A stretch of 64,000 nt of DNA, taken from Prevotellaceae bacterium UBA1391 (GTDB lineage Bacteria > Bacteroidota > Bacteroidia > Bacteroidales > Bacteroidaceae). This document shows, piece after piece, positions 63,048 through 64,000 of the stretch (position 1 is its first letter; every line of letters starts with the position of its first letter). The translations under genes were made by a program, and so were the position numbers. The stretch covers positions 29,429-93,428 of the forward strand of contig DBQP01000007.1 of the NCBI GenBank assembly GCA_002305265.1, given 5' to 3'. The notes beneath the pieces were generated by a model, which was given only the letters and a program-made list of their open reading frames with translations, did not search any database and was not told the DNA's origin.

Positions 63048-64000
63048 TTATTGGGCGGCAGCTTCGCGCCGTTTGTCTTCGATTTCAAGATTGATGCGGT
63101 TGATGACCTCGTCGGAGAGCTCGTATTTCGAGATGATCCACATGGCGACTAAGAGGAGCAGGGCTGGGATAACGCAAACGAGCCAGCGAATGCCTTCCTG
63201 TGCCAATGGGGTCTGCAACTCCAGGTCATTCATAAAGTAGACGCCGGCGGCATTGCCTACGGACATCATGGCGAATGCAGTGATGAAGAAGAGCGCGATG
63301 ACGCGAAGCGGGCGGTTGTGAAGGAACTCGGTCCAGAGATCGCTGACTTTTACGTCTTTTGTGTCTTTCTCGTCCATGACGACGCGCTCCTTCGTCTGTG
63401 TGAAGCAGAAGACAAGCAGCATCAGGCCTACGAGCGCGAAGATCAGCATGGTGTAGAACCAGGCACCTGAGTCTTTGGGCAGATTGTTGGCCTCCTGGCG
63501 CACCTGATAGTCGGTGTAGGCGAGGATGAGGCCTGGCACGACGCCGCCCAATGCCATTCCGGCCTTGAAGAAGATACCGGTCAGTGCGTTGACAATACCC
63601 GAGATGCGGCGACCCGTCTTGTGCTCCGAGTAGGAAATGACTTCAGGAATGAGTGCCCACATGTATCCGGTAGCGACAATGACACCTGTTGACTTCACAA
63701 ACTGTGCGATGTAGACGAGCGTCATGTTCTCTTTCATGTCCATGAAACGGCTGATGAGGTAGAGCATGGCCATGCCGATGATGGCGACAGTGAGGAAGAT
63801 GTAGAACATCCCTTTCTTGCCGACCTTGCGCTTGATGGCCGGTACCAATGGCATGAAAATGAAGGACGGCAGCGAACCGAGTCCCATGAAGAAGGCCATC
63901 TCCAGCGGCAGGTCTGCGCCTGCCATCAGCGCGACGATGATGGGAACGCCAGCTGAAACGGCCAATCCGCCGACGTTTGCCATGAACATGCGGACGGACG
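63048..64000 (-). CDS. GPH-family (MelB/XynT-like) glycoside-pentoside:cation symporter, C-terminal part (5' end beyond the right edge)
   Basis: Polytopic membrane protein. The reading frame stays open to the window edge. It lies upstream of GH10 and GH43 in the same orientation, as in the Prevotella xylan clusters I recall. Confidence 0.75.
   Translation of the reverse strand, partial: SVRMFMANVGGLAVSAGVPIIVALMAGADLPLEMAFFMGLGSLPSFIFMPLVPAIKRKVGKKGMFYIFLTVAIIGMAMLYLISRFMDMKENMTLVYIAQFVKSTGVIVATGYMWALIPEVISYSEHKTGRRISGIVNALTGIFFKAGMALGGVVPGLILAYTDYQVRQEANNLPKDSGAWFYTMLIFALVGLMLLVFCFTQTKERVVMDEKDTKDVKVSDLWTEFLHNRPLRVIALFFITAFAMMSVGNAAGVYFMNDLELQTPLAQEGIRWLVCVIPALLLLVAMWIISKYELSDEVINRINLEIEDKRREAAAQ

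Noticed and set aside
1-64000. Mobile genetic element, genomic island, tRNA, rRNA or defence system anywhere in the window
   Set aside because: I recognised no transposase, integrase, recombinase, conjugation, toxin-antitoxin, restriction-modification or known defence gene on either strand, and no tRNA-like or rRNA-like sequence. The only helicase-nuclease pair fits housekeeping AddAB.

Overview
Visibly GC-rich chromosomal segment of a Bacteroidota genome, most consistent with a Prevotellaceae-type organism. Supporting signs are TAnnTTTG -7 promoter boxes just upstream of many genes, an AraC-output hybrid two-component regulator, T9SS C-terminal sorting domains and a GH10/GH43/GH5 xylan cluster. 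I call 43 protein-coding genes, 2 of them truncated by the window edges. They comprise housekeeping genes (rpe, purT, dnaB, mtaB, phoH, purC, ubiE, aroE, rarA), a yhhQ-queC-queF queuosine-salvage operon, and a GH43-rhaB-rhaA-MFS-rhaD rhamnose operon. There is also an AddAB-type helicase-nuclease pair, a TPM/LemA pair, and a roughly 16 kb xylan-utilisation cluster under a hybrid two-component regulator. I found no rRNA, tRNA, CRISPR array, transposase, integrase or phage module. The most unusual signal is non-coding: several unrelated repeat families all built on a 22-bp phase. The clearest is a dispersed element made of three copies of the perfect 10-bp palindrome GAAGGCCTTC spaced exactly 22 bp apart. 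It occurs five times in the window, always inside long GC-rich intergenic islands. Other notable items are a 22-bp x5-6 tandem array upstream of dnaB, an 88-bp tandem repeat carrying a 44-bp-phased TGATACAACC box upstream of purC, and a candidate preQ1-I riboswitch ahead of yhhQ. Also notable are a 28-bp-arm inverted repeat, and a 1141-aa three-module T9SS cargo protein inside a xylan cluster with no SusC/SusD pair in view. All protein calls rest on motif recognition in the supplied translations. No database search or covariance model could be run.
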